Shown here: piece by piece, positions 51,238 to 61,027 of the stretch
How the letters are laid out: every line of letters starts with the position of its first letter
Numbering within the stretch: position 1 is the first letter of the stretch
Source of the DNA: Thermoanaerobaculia bacterium
Lineage (GTDB): Bacteria > Acidobacteriota > Thermoanaerobaculia > UBA5066
DNA: 64,000 nt
Reading direction: 5' to 3'
Assembly: GCA_963816185.1 (NCBI GenBank)
Contig: CAWFJJ010000008.1
Location: forward strand, 160,001-224,000
Translations under genes and position numbers: made by a program
The notes under the pieces: generated by a model
Database searches by the model: none
What the model saw: the letters and a program-made list of their open reading frames with translations, nothing else
What the model was told of the DNA's origin: nothing

Positions 51238-53335
51238 ATGCCTGGTCGACCGGTGCGGGGTATCGCGGGACGTGTGTGCTCGGGGGCGACCGCACTCCTG
51301 GTTTTCGCAGCTCTTCGCGTCCCGCGCCACGGCGCAGGTGGCGGCGGACTATGCCGTGCAAGTCACCGCGACCGTCCAGGTTTCGCCGCCCCAGATCGCG
51401 CTGTCGTGGGGTTCCTACTCCGGAGCGACGCAGTATCTCGTCTACCGCAAGTCGTGGACGGCGACATCGTGGGGCGCGGCGACCGCCACCCGGCCCGGAT
51501 CCGCGACCGGCTTCACGGACACGAACGTCACCGTCGGCTCCTCCTACGAATATCAGGTCATGAGGCAGGCGAGCGTGTTCGGGTACGGCTATGTCGCGTC
51601 CGGCATCTCGCTGCCGCTCGTCGAAGATCGCGGCACCGTGATCCTCGTCGTCGACTCGACCTACGCGAGTGATCTCTCGACGGAGCTGGAACGGCTCCAG
51701 GAGGATCTCGTCGGCGACGGCTGGACGGTGATCCGTCACGACGTGGCGCGGACGGCGACCGTGCCTTCCGTCAAGGCGCTGATCGTGGCCGACTACGAGG
51801 CGGCTCCCTCGCGCGTGAAGACCGTCTTTCTTTTCGGCCACGTTCCGGTCCCCTATTCGGGGCAACTCGCGCCGGACGGGCACGGAGATCACATCGGGGC
51901 GTGGCCCGCCGACCTCTATTACGGCGACATGAACGGAATTTGGACCGATACCGTCAATTACGGAGGAACCGGAAGGCAGAGCAACGTGCCGGGCGACGGC
52001 AAGTTCGACCAGACTTACGCGCCCGGCCTCGTGGAGCTGGCCGTCGGGCGCGTCGATCTCGCAAACATGCCCGCCTTCGGGCCGAAGACCGAGCGCGACC
52101 TCCTCGGCCAGTACCTCGACAAGGACCACGACTTCCGCCACGCGGTCTGGACGTTGCCTGCCCGGGGCCTGATCGACGACAACTTCGGGGCGTTCGGAGG
52201 AGAGGCGTTCGCGTCGACGGGGTGGCGGGCCTTCTCGGCGTTCTTCGGACGCGCGAACGTTTTCGCGCTGGACTGGTTCACGACGCTGGCCAACAACGCC
52301 TACCTCTGGGCCTACGGCTGCGGAGGCGGGAGCTACACCGGGGCGGGCGGCGTCGGCTCGACATCCAACTTCGCCTCGACCGACACGAAGGTCGCCTTCA
52401 CGTTCCTCTTCGGCAGCTACTTCGGCGACTGGGACGTCTCGAACGACTTTCTGAGGGCGCCGCTGGCGACGAGGACGTACGGTCTCACGTGCGCCTGGGC
52501 GGGGCGGCCGGCCTGGTACGTCCACCACATGGCCATGGGAGAGACGATCGGATACGGGGCGCGCGTCACGCAGAACAACTCGGGAACCTACTTCAACGGT
52601 TACGGGCCGGAGGTTCACATCGCCCTGATGGGAGATCCCACGCTGCGGCTCACGCCGGTCGCGCCGGTCTCGAACTTGTCGGTGAATCCGGGTCTTCACA
52701 CGGCCGCACTGACGTGGACGGCTTCCCCTGAAACGGTCGACGGCTCTTACGTCTATCGGTCTCAGAATCCGGGTGGACCCTTTTCGCGTGTCACCTCCTC
52801 GCCGGTCGCCGGTGTCTCGTTCACCGATTCCGGCGTTCCCGGCGGGAGCTGGACGTACATGGTGCGTTCCGTGAGGGTCGAGACGAGCGCCAGCGGCTCG
52901 TACGGAAACGCGAGCCAGGGCGTCTTCGCGTCGACGATCGTGGGAGGATCGTCCATGAACGGCTTCTTCGAGGTCACGCCCTGCCGCGTTCTCGACACAC
53001 GCAAACCGGACGGCCCCTTGGGCGGACCTCGGCTCGCCGCCTCGTCGATCCGACGTTTCGTCGCGACCGGCGCCTGCGGCCTACCGGCAGGAGTGCAAGC
53101 GATCTCGGCGAACGTCACCGTCACCAACGCGACGGCCGACGGCCGCCTCGTCGTCTATCCCGGCGATCTCGCGACGCCGCCGACGGTCGAGACCGTGGTC
53201 TTTCGCGCGGGGAGGACGCGTGCGAACAACACGATCCTGGGCCTCGCCCGGGACGGCTCCGGTTCCTTCAACGCTCAGAACGACACCCCGGGAACGGTCG
53301 ATCTGATCGTCGACGTCACCGGATACTTCCAGTAG
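51238..53335 (+). CDS. secreted FN3-containing protein with C25 (gingipain)-like central domain; frameshift near 51310
   Basis: TATAAT 7 nt before ATG 51238; signal peptide starts in one frame and continues as LFASRATAQ in the 51230 frame; LFGHVPVP, ELAVGRV, LMGDPTL. Confidence 0.65.
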
Positions 53336-53347
53336 GGCGGCCGCCGC

Positions 53348-54001
53348 CTACGCCGTCCGGGCGACCCCCACGGGGCAGGAAACGCCCGTTCCGCCCAGGC
53401 CGCAGTATCCGTCGGGATTCTTCGCGAGGTATTGCTGGTGGTAGTCCTCGGCGTAGGTGAACTCGGGGGCCGGCAGGATCTCGGTCGTAATCGCGCCGTA
53501 GCCCGCTTCCGTGAGCTTCTCCTGGTACGCCTTCTTCGAAGCCTCGGCCGCCGCGCGCTGCATGTCGTCGAACGTATAAATGCCCGAGCGGTATTGCGTG
53601 CCCACGTCGTTGCCCTGTCGCATGCCCTGCGTCGGATCGTGGTTCTCCCAGAACGTCTTCAGAAGCTCGTCGTACGGGACGACGGCAGGATCGAAGACGA
53701 CGAGGACGACCTCGCTGTGTCCCGTGCGGCCCGTGCAGACTTCGCGATACGTGGGATTCGGCGTGACGCCCGCGGCGTAGCCCACGGCCGTCGTGAAGAC
53801 GCCGTCCTTTTGCCAGAACTTCTTCTCGGCTCCCCAGAAGCAGCCCATCCCGAAGAGTGCGCGCTGCATCCCTTGGGGAAAGGGGGGCTCGAGCGGACGG
53901 CCGTTGACGAAATGAGTCCTGGGCACGGGGGGCGGATTCTGCTCCTCGTCGGCGAAGAAGAAAAGAACCTTGTCGGGGGAAACCGAACGATCGTCCTGCA
54001 C
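53348..54001 (-). CDS. msrA: peptide methionine (S)-sulfoxide reductase
   Basis: [21 protein letters not shown]; start uncertain. Confidence 0.93.
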   Translation of the reverse strand: MQDDRSVSPDKVLFFFADEEQNPPPVPRTHFVNGRPLEPPFPQGMQRALFGMGCFWGAEKKFWQKDGVFTTAVGYAAGVTPNPTYREVCTGRTGHSEVVLVVFDPAVVPYDELLKTFWENHDPTQGMRQGNDVGTQYRSGIYTFDDMQRAAAEASKKAYQEKLTEAGYGAITTEILPAPEFTYAEDYHQQYLAKNPDGYCGLGGTGVSCPVGVARTA

Positions 54002-54040
54002 GATTGACTCCCCGCGGGCAGCGTCCTAGATTGCCGGCAG

Positions 54041-54436
54041 ATGGCGATGGACGACAAGGTTCGCGCGTACCTGAGAGAGCTCGGCGCCGCGCTCAACGAG
54101 GCGGTCTCGTCGTCGGAGAAGGTGCACGAGATCCTCGGGAAGGTGAAGGCCGAGGGGTACGGCGTGTATCTCGTCCTCGATGCCACCGTCGCGCTCGAGA
54201 AACGCGGACGGCGCTCGTCGGCGGCCCTTCCGTCCATCCGACGCGGCTCGCTGCAGTCGTCCCGTGCCGCCGGGGATGGCGAGGGCGGCGCCGTCGAAAC
54301 GGCCGTCTTCCAGATCAACGTCAAAGATCTGAGCTTTCTGCGTTCGGTCGGCATCGATCCCACGCGGCCGATCCGCGCACGCCGCCGCCCGGCGGCGGCC
54401 GTCACTCTTCGGTCCACGGTCGCGAAAAGGGGCTGA
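54041..54436 (+). CDS. conserved hypothetical protein
   Basis: TTGACT-N17-TAGATT promoter 8 nt before ATG; host-like codon usage. Confidence 0.7.
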   Translation: MAMDDKVRAYLRELGAALNEAVSSSEKVHEILGKVKAEGYGVYLVLDATVALEKRGRRSSAALPSIRRGSLQSSRAAGDGEGGAVETAVFQINVKDLSFLRSVGIDPTRPIRARRRPAAAVTLRSTVAKRG

Positions 54437-54456
54437 TTTCCCTTTTGTCTCCGGCT

Positions 54457-55539
54457 GTGCAGGACCTCCTCGGTCTCCCGCCCCTCGACGTCGCGCGGGC
54501 GGTGCGCGATGTGGCGCCGGAGTCGTTTCGCGCCGCGCAGATCTACAGTTGGATCTACGCACGCCGCGCTACGGACTTCGCGGAGATGACGAGCCTGCCG
54601 AAAGCGATGCGCGAGGAGCTCGCGAAGCGCTTCGTCATCGGTCTCCCGAAGGTCGTCGCGCGAACGCCTGCACCCGATGGGACGGAGAAATTCCTCTTCG
54701 AGCTCACGGACGGCGCGCGCATCGAGGCCGTTTACATCGTGGAGTCGAAGAAGACGCCTTCGTGGACGGACCCCGAAACGCCCGGCGCGTCCCGAATCAC
54801 GATTTGCGTATCCTCGCAGGCCGGCTGCGCAGTCGACTGCGCATTCTGCGTGACGGGACGAATGGGAGCCGGGCGCAATCTCACGGCGGGCGAGATCGTC
54901 GGGCAGTACCTCGCCATCGCGCGTGCGAAGGGCTTCGGCCCTCACGCCGCGAACCTCGTCTTCATGGGGATGGGGGAGCCGCTGTTGAACGTCTCTCAGG
55001 TGACGCGCGCCCTCGACCTTCTCGAAGGTGAGGTCTCCCCGAAGCGCACGACCGTCTCGACGGCGGGCGTCGTGCCCGGGATCGAGAGGCTCGCGGGCCG
55101 ACCGCGCCGCCCGAACCTCGCCGTGTCGCTCTCCGGGGCGGACGACGCGACACGCACGAAGCTCATGCCGATCAACCGCACGTATCCCCTCGCCGAGCTC
55201 TTCGCGGCGCTCAAGCGGTGGCCGCTCGAACGAGGGCGAAGGCTCACGTTCGAGTACGTCCTCATCGAGGGAGTCAACGACTCGACGGCCGATGCGGTGA
55301 AGCTCGCCGCGCTCGTGCGAGCGCTGCCCGCCAAGGTCAACCTCATTCCGCTGAACGAATCGAAGAAGTGGCTGCCGGGCCTGAAGCGGCCCTCGGACGC
55401 CACGGTGAATGCGTTCGCGAAGGCGGTCGCGGACGGCGGAGTCCCGGTGACGGTCCGCTGGTCGAAGGGCCTGCAGGCCGACGCGGCCTGCGGGCAGCTC
55501 AAGGGGCGTGAAGAGCCCCGGCGACCACGATCCCGGTGA
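54457..55539 (+). CDS. rlmN: dual-specificity RNA methyltransferase RlmN
   Basis: CVSSQAGCAVDCAFCVTG, FMGMGEP, AACGQL. Confidence 0.93.
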   Translation: MQDLLGLPPLDVARAVRDVAPESFRAAQIYSWIYARRATDFAEMTSLPKAMREELAKRFVIGLPKVVARTPAPDGTEKFLFELTDGARIEAVYIVESKKTPSWTDPETPGASRITICVSSQAGCAVDCAFCVTGRMGAGRNLTAGEIVGQYLAIARAKGFGPHAANLVFMGMGEPLLNVSQVTRALDLLEGEVSPKRTTVSTAGVVPGIERLAGRPRRPNLAVSLSGADDATRTKLMPINRTYPLAELFAALKRWPLERGRRLTFEYVLIEGVNDSTADAVKLAALVRALPAKVNLIPLNESKKWLPGLKRPSDATVNAFAKAVADGGVPVTVRWSKGLQADAACGQLKGREEPRRPRSR

Positions 55540-56278
55540 GGATGCGTCCCGTCTGCGAGCCGTCACGCCGCCAGGACGGAAGGTCGGGTGTCGACGCCGT
55601 GCAGAGGCCCGACATCGTGATCCGATCCGCGCGCACCCCGCTCGCGCGGAGGGCCGCGGCATTGAACGCCGCGACGTCGACGGTGGCCCGGTCACCGGGT
55701 CCTGGGCGCACCGCCTCCTCCGGAACGGCGACGTCGCGGTATGCATCGTGGAGCGCCGCCACGACCTCGGGTCCGACTTCGTAGCGATCGCGCGAGATCG
55801 ATGGGCCGAACGCGGCACGGAGGCTCTTCGCCTCGACGCCACGTGCGGCGAGAGCGTCGAGCGCGGCGTCCAGGACGCGTGCGGCGGTGCCCCGCCAGCC
55901 GGCGTGGACGGCGGCGATCCAGCCGGTCACCGGGTCGGCGAGAACGATCGGCACGCAATCGGCTGACGCGACGAGGACGAGAACGTTTGGCTGGCAGGTG
56001 AGGACGGCGTCGCCCGTTCCGAGGACTCCGCTCCGGCGCTCACGCGCCGGTTCCTCGAAGGTGAGTGTGACGGCGCCATGAACCTGGTTCATGCGGACCA
56101 CTTCCGCATCCGGCGCGCCGAGCGCCTGGGCGAGGGCCCGCCCGGCGGCGTCGGGATCGAGAGAACGAGCCGACAACGCCCCTCGCGTGAATCCCGCCGC
56201 GAAGCCTGGGATGCCACCGAGCGAAAGCGGCTGAAAGGCGCCGGCCGATTTCGCGCGCGCCGCCGGTCGCCCTTCCAC
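55499..56278 (-). CDS. pgeF: PgeF/YfiH-family protein
   Basis: QVHG, ADCVP, HAGWRG, GPSI, SWRRDG. Confidence 0.88.
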   Translation of the reverse strand: MEGRPAARAKSAGAFQPLSLGGIPGFAAGFTRGALSARSLDPDAAGRALAQALGAPDAEVVRMNQVHGAVTLTFEEPARERRSGVLGTGDAVLTCQPNVLVLVASADCVPIVLADPVTGWIAAVHAGWRGTAARVLDAALDALAARGVEAKSLRAAFGPSISRDRYEVGPEVVAALHDAYRDVAVPEEAVRPGPGDRATVDVAAFNAAALRASGVRADRITMSGLCTASTPDLPSWRRDGSQTGRILTGIVVAGALHAP

Positions 56279-56347
56279 ACGCTCATTCTAAGAAATTCTT
56301 CGTCTTCTACTTTTCTTACTCTTCTCCCCCTCTAGAATCCTCGTGTC

Positions 56348-56968
56348 TTGAACCAGAAGGCGATGTCCGTCTTGCGGCTCCCGCGCGGGCTGCGCTCACC
56401 GATCGCGATCCAACGCTTCCTGGACGAGCTTCTCTACAACAAGGAAAAGGGAGGCGAGACGGCGCGCTCGCCGCGGCGCGTCCTCGAGACGCGCGAGGCG
56501 CATTGCTTCGAGGGCGCGCTCCTCGCGGCCGCGGCCCTGCGGCGCCTCGGGCACCCGCCCCTCGTCGTCCAATTGCGCTCGACCGTGCGGGACGACGACC
56601 ATGTGCTCGCACTCTTCCGAGAGCGGTCCAGGGCCGGCTGCTGGGGGGCCGTCGCGAAGTCGAACTACTCGGGCCTTCGCTTCCGTTCGCCCGTGTACCG
56701 CTCGCTCCGCGAGCTCGTCATGAGCTACTTCGACGTCTACTACAACCTCGAGGGCGAGAAGAGCCTGCGTGCCTTCGAGCGCCCCGTCGACCTCGCACGG
56801 TTCGACCGGCGCGGCTGGGAGACGGCCGAAGAGGACCTCTGGGACGTGAGCGCGTACCTGGCGACGCGGCGCTTCACTCTCATTCTCACGCGCGCCCAGG
56901 TCCGGGCGCTCACGCCGATGGACCGGCGCCTTTACGACGCCGGTCTCCTGGGGATGGCGTTCGCGTAA
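56348..56968 (+). CDS. transglutaminase-like hypothetical protein
   Basis: AHCFEGALLAA, DDDHVLALF, WGAVAKSN. Confidence 0.7.
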   Translation: MNQKAMSVLRLPRGLRSPIAIQRFLDELLYNKEKGGETARSPRRVLETREAHCFEGALLAAAALRRLGHPPLVVQLRSTVRDDDHVLALFRERSRAGCWGAVAKSNYSGLRFRSPVYRSLRELVMSYFDVYYNLEGEKSLRAFERPVDLARFDRRGWETAEEDLWDVSAYLATRRFTLILTRAQVRALTPMDRRLYDAGLLGMAFA

Positions 56969-58344
56969 TACCGCAGCAGCGGCAGCTCGGCGGTAATCGC
57001 CCGGAAGAGCCCGTTCTCCGCGGTCACGAGGTGTCGTTGCAGGAGCGTCCTGAGCCCGAACGTGACGGCATAGTCCTGATCGCCGCGCGGCACGTAGACC
57101 TGCGCGCCAGCCTTCTCGAGTTCCCGCCAGCGGGCGAGGGCCTCGGCCTTGAGCTCGATCTCGCTCTGGGCGCGGCCCGGCTCCGCCAGAAAGACCGCGG
57201 AGACGAGCGAGACGGGCAGCACCGGAATGATCCGCGCGATTCGCGCCATCAATTCCTCGGCAAGCGCCAGCACGGCCGTGAAGCGCTCCTCGCGGGAGAT
57301 GGCCGAAAGATCGAGCGATCGGGACGCGAGCCACGCTTTCGTCGAGACGGGCGTTCCGAAGCTCACGCAGGCGTAGCCGAAACGGTGCCAGTCGTTCGTT
57401 GCGAGAAGGCGAAGGTTCTGCCCCAGAAAGCGCAACGTTCCGCCGATCGTCTCGAACACCGACGCCCGGCCCTGCGCGGGAGACCGATCCAGCAGGAGCG
57501 TGCGATCCTCGAGGACGCGGTCATAGTTCACGCCGACCGGGACGAAGACGAGGTCCCTCGTCCCGCTCGGGTCGAAGCCCCGGATCATGTAGTCGAGGAG
57601 CCCGAGCCTCGGAGGACGGAGCGCGCCGTCCCGCGTGAGCCCTCCCTCCGGATACACGGCCTGCGGAACGCCGTGCGCGGTCGCCATCGCGACGTAGCGC
57701 TCGAGAACGCGCCGATAGAGGGGGTCGTTCGCGTCGCGGCGCACGAAATAGGCGCCGGTGGCCCGGACGAGGCTCTGCACCGGCCAGATGCGCGCCCACT
57801 CGCCGACCGCATAGCTCAGGGCCGTACGCTCGGCCGCGAGGTACGACAGGAGGATGTAGTCCATGTTGCTCCGGTGGTTCATCACGAAGACCACCGCCGA
57901 CCCGTCGGGAATCGCCGCGAGACCCGCGTCGTCGGCCGAGCCGATCCGCACGCGATACAGCGTTCGCGCGAGGGCGCGCGCCGCCGCGTAACCCGCGCGG
58001 AAATAGATCCACGCGTTGAACGCCGGGACGATCTCCACCGCGTAACGCGCAACGCGTTTCTGGACCTCCTCGCGCGGCGTGCCCGTCTCGCGGGCGAAGG
58101 CTTCGGCGGCCTCGAGGACCTTCGGATCGAAGCGCAGCTGCTCCACGAGAACCTCGCGCTTCGTGAGCTTGAAGGAGGGGATTCTGAGCGGCAGGCGTCT
58201 GTTCAGCTCGTCGATCACGCGGTTTGCCCGGCGCCGCAGCACGGCGCGAAGCGCAGGCCTCAGAAGGCGATCGAACACCGCCCAGCCCGCCAGGGCGACG
58301 AGCAGGACGAGAGCCCAGGCCGGGAGGGAGACCGTGGCGTACAT
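56932..58344 (-). CDS. glycerol-3-phosphate/lysophospholipid acyltransferase
   Basis: NHRSNMDY (HX4D), YPEGG, VNYDRVLE. Confidence 0.85.
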   Translation of the reverse strand: MYATVSLPAWALVLLVALAGWAVFDRLLRPALRAVLRRRANRVIDELNRRLPLRIPSFKLTKREVLVEQLRFDPKVLEAAEAFARETGTPREEVQKRVARYAVEIVPAFNAWIYFRAGYAAARALARTLYRVRIGSADDAGLAAIPDGSAVVFVMNHRSNMDYILLSYLAAERTALSYAVGEWARIWPVQSLVRATGAYFVRRDANDPLYRRVLERYVAMATAHGVPQAVYPEGGLTRDGALRPPRLGLLDYMIRGFDPSGTRDLVFVPVGVNYDRVLEDRTLLLDRSPAQGRASVFETIGGTLRFLGQNLRLLATNDWHRFGYACVSFGTPVSTKAWLASRSLDLSAISREERFTAVLALAEELMARIARIIPVLPVSLVSAVFLAEPGRAQSEIELKAEALARWRELEKAGAQVYVPRGDQDYAVTFGLRTLLQRHLVTAENGLFRAITAELPLLRYYANAIPRRPAS

Positions 58345-58400
58345 GGTGCGGGGAGAGTGTCGATTGTGTCAGAGAGCCCGAGTCGCGGTCTAATCGGCCC

Positions 58401-59474
58401 ATGAAGGCGATTGTGGCCGCCAGTGGGTTCGCGCTGGCCGTGGCGCTCGGTGTCCGCGCACAGATCGTCCCGCCGGCTCCCGTGCAGGGCGACGCCATCC
58501 TCCGTGACTTCCGTTTCGCGAGCGGCGAAACCCTTCCCGAGCTGAAGCTGCACTACGTCACGCTCGGGCGAAAGCTCGACGACGGAAGGGGACGCACGGT
58601 CAATGCCGTCCTCGTGCTTCACGGAACCGGCGGGTCCTCGGCGCAGTTTCTCGGGCCGAGATTCGCGGGCGTTCTCTTCGGGCCCGGACAGCCGCTCGAC
58701 GCATCCCGTACCTTCATCGTGATTCCGGACAGCCTGGGCCACGGCGGCTCGTCGAAGCCGAGCGACGGCCTGAGAGCGAAGTTTCCGCGCTACACGTACG
58801 ACGACATGGTGAGCGCCCAGCACCGGCTCCTCACGGAGAGCCTCGGCGTGAGCCATCTGCGCCTCGTGATCGGGACGTCGATGGGCGGCATGCAAACCTG
58901 GATCTGGGGCGAGACGCATCCCGACTTCATGGACGCCCTGATGCCTCTCGCGAGCCTTCCGACTGCGATCGCGGGGCGGAACCGGATGTGGCGGAAGATG
59001 GCGATGGACTTGATTCGCGAGGATCCCGATTGGAAGGGAGGCGACTACGCAGCGCAGCCGCGCGGGTTCAGGGGCGCGCTCGCGCTCATGCTCGTCCTCT
59101 CGGGAAGCCCCCTCGAGTGGATGCGGGAGGCGCCCGACCGCGCGGCTGCGGACGCGGCCGTCCAGGCGTACATGGCGGAACGCCTCCCGAAGACGGACGC
59201 GAACGACCTCTTGTTCGCCCTCGACGCCTCACGCGACTACGACCCGTCAACGAACCTCGAGAAAATCCAGGTGCCTCTTCTCGCCCTCAACTTCGCAGAC
59301 GACGCGATCAACCCGCCTGAGCTCGGCCTACTCGAAAAGGGAGTCGCCCGAGTGAAGAACGCCCAGGCCGTCGTCTTTCCGCTGTCGGAGAAGACGCACG
59401 GCCATCAGACGCACACTTGGGCCGATCTATGGAAGACCTATCTCACCGAGCTGCTCGTCAGATCGAAGAGGTGA
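58401..59474 (+). CDS. exported alpha/beta hydrolase (homoserine O-acetyltransferase-like fold)
   Basis: Signal peptide; LHGTGG, GTSMGG, DAND, HGH. Confidence 0.82.
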   Translation: MKAIVAASGFALAVALGVRAQIVPPAPVQGDAILRDFRFASGETLPELKLHYVTLGRKLDDGRGRTVNAVLVLHGTGGSSAQFLGPRFAGVLFGPGQPLDASRTFIVIPDSLGHGGSSKPSDGLRAKFPRYTYDDMVSAQHRLLTESLGVSHLRLVIGTSMGGMQTWIWGETHPDFMDALMPLASLPTAIAGRNRMWRKMAMDLIREDPDWKGGDYAAQPRGFRGALALMLVLSGSPLEWMREAPDRAAADAAVQAYMAERLPKTDANDLLFALDASRDYDPSTNLEKIQVPLLALNFADDAINPPELGLLEKGVARVKNAQAVVFPLSEKTHGHQTHTWADLWKTYLTELLVRSKR

Positions 59475-59488
59475 AGGAAGGAGAATCG

Positions 59489-59743
59489 ATGGGAGAGTCC
59501 GATCTGCGCGTGAAGATCGTCCGCTACCTCGAAACGAGTGTGGAAGGAGACCTCCTTCGAAGCGTCGGCATGATCGCCGAGGCGATCGGGGCCGAGCGAG
59601 ATACCGTCCAGGAGCTCGTCCGCGACCTGGTGAAGAAGGGCGAGGTCTTCGAGCCCATTCCGCGGCGGTATCTCCGTCGCGAGCGCCGGACGAGCGGTTC
59701 CTTCGCCAAACACGACCCCGAAAGACGCCAAGTGCGAAGGTAG
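59489..59743 (+). CDS. small winged-helix protein
   Basis: AAGGAG RBS; IAEAIG...VQELVRDLVKKGEV wHTH pattern. Confidence 0.6.
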   Translation: MGESDLRVKIVRYLETSVEGDLLRSVGMIAEAIGAERDTVQELVRDLVKKGEVFEPIPRRYLRRERRTSGSFAKHDPERRQVRR

Positions 59744-59778
59744 GCGGACCTCGAAGAGGCGGGTTGCGCGGGCAGGGC

Positions 59779-61011
59779 TCAGCCGCCGACGCCGAGACAA
59801 CGCGCGACGCGTGTGACGCCCTCGCGGAAAACCTCCGGACCCGGCAGGAGGCTGACGACGAGGAACGCCTCGAAAGGGAATTCGAAGAAGTAGCCGGGCT
59901 GTGCGAGAACGTCGTGCGATTCGAGGAGGTCGAGGACGAGATCCTCCTCGGGGCGAACGGCCGGCACGCGCAGGCACGCCGTCCACCCCGCCGGAACGGG
60001 GAGGACGGTCACCGGGCCGCCCTCGGGGAAGCTCGCCCGGAGCACGCGCTCGTTGTGAAGCACGCGGGCCCAGATGGCGTCGACGGTGCCGCGCGCATGC
60101 CCGAGAAGCCTCGGAAGGGCGACCTGCACCGGCGTCGAGACCGAGAGGTAGGCGTCCGCGATCCACTCGAGGCGCTCGAGCGCGTCGTCGAGGAGGCCTG
60201 CGGGGCCGTTCGCGAAGATCCATCCGAGCTTGAGCTGCGGAAGGGCCGCCGATTTCGAAAGCCCGCCGAGCGAGAAGACGAGAGCGCCCTGCGTATCTTT
60301 CGCCGAGGCGGCGATGCGCACGTCACGGGGCCGGTCGGTGTAGCGGAAATCGACGAAGACCTCGTCTGAGATCACGGAGAACCGCCGCTCTTTCGCGAGC
60401 GAGAGGAGCGTCGAGAGCTCGGCCTCCGCGAATGACGTCCCCGTGGGGTTGTTCGGATTCACCAGGACCACGGCCGCGACCCGGCGGCCGTCGGCTTCTA
60501 CGCGCTGAACCTCGGCCTCGACGGCCGATGCGTGAAACGCGAAACCGTCCTCGGCCGCGAGCGCGTATCGATGCAGCGTCAAGGACTCCAGCTCCGCAAG
60601 GGCGTCGAGAAGCGGATACGAGGGCGCCGGCACGAGCACGACGTCGCCCGGATCCCCGGCGAGCTTGAAAAGCCAGCCGTAGGCCTCGCTCGAGGAGGCC
60701 GCCAGAACGATCTGTCCCGGAGGCACGAGCACGCCGTGTACCGCCGCGTAATAGTTGGCGACCGCCGTCCGCGCCGAGAGAATTCCTTTCGGGTCGGGCG
60801 TGTAGACGAGACCTCGTTCGTCGGCGAGGGCCGCGAGCACGCGCGCATCCCTGCCGGACCCGGCGCCGTCGAAGAGGTCGGCCTCGCCCGAGCGGAGTGC
60901 AACCGAGGTGGGGTTCGTCACCGTCAGGTCGAGAAACGGGCGGGCGCGGGCCGCCAGCGCCTGCGCCAGGCGGTTCACCTCGTGAGGTGCGGGGGTCCGG
61001 CGCGAGAACAC
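59779..61011 (-). CDS. PLP-dependent aminotransferase class I/II
   Basis: NPNNPTG, SDEVF, GGLSKS. Confidence 0.88.
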   Translation of the reverse strand: MFSRRTPAPHEVNRLAQALAARARPFLDLTVTNPTSVALRSGEADLFDGAGSGRDARVLAALADERGLVYTPDPKGILSARTAVANYYAAVHGVLVPPGQIVLAASSSEAYGWLFKLAGDPGDVVLVPAPSYPLLDALAELESLTLHRYALAAEDGFAFHASAVEAEVQRVEADGRRVAAVVLVNPNNPTGTSFAEAELSTLLSLAKERRFSVISDEVFVDFRYTDRPRDVRIAASAKDTQGALVFSLGGLSKSAALPQLKLGWIFANGPAGLLDDALERLEWIADAYLSVSTPVQVALPRLLGHARGTVDAIWARVLHNERVLRASFPEGGPVTVLPVPAGWTACLRVPAVRPEEDLVLDLLESHDVLAQPGYFFEFPFEAFLVVSLLPGPEVFREGVTRVARCLGVGG

Positions 61012-61027
61012 GACTGGGCGCTTCCTT

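Noticed and set aside
51295-51325. Programmed frameshift in the secreted protein's signal peptide
   Set aside because: Explained by a small indel in a CTCT run; similar indels at dps and the radical SAM suggest sequencing error
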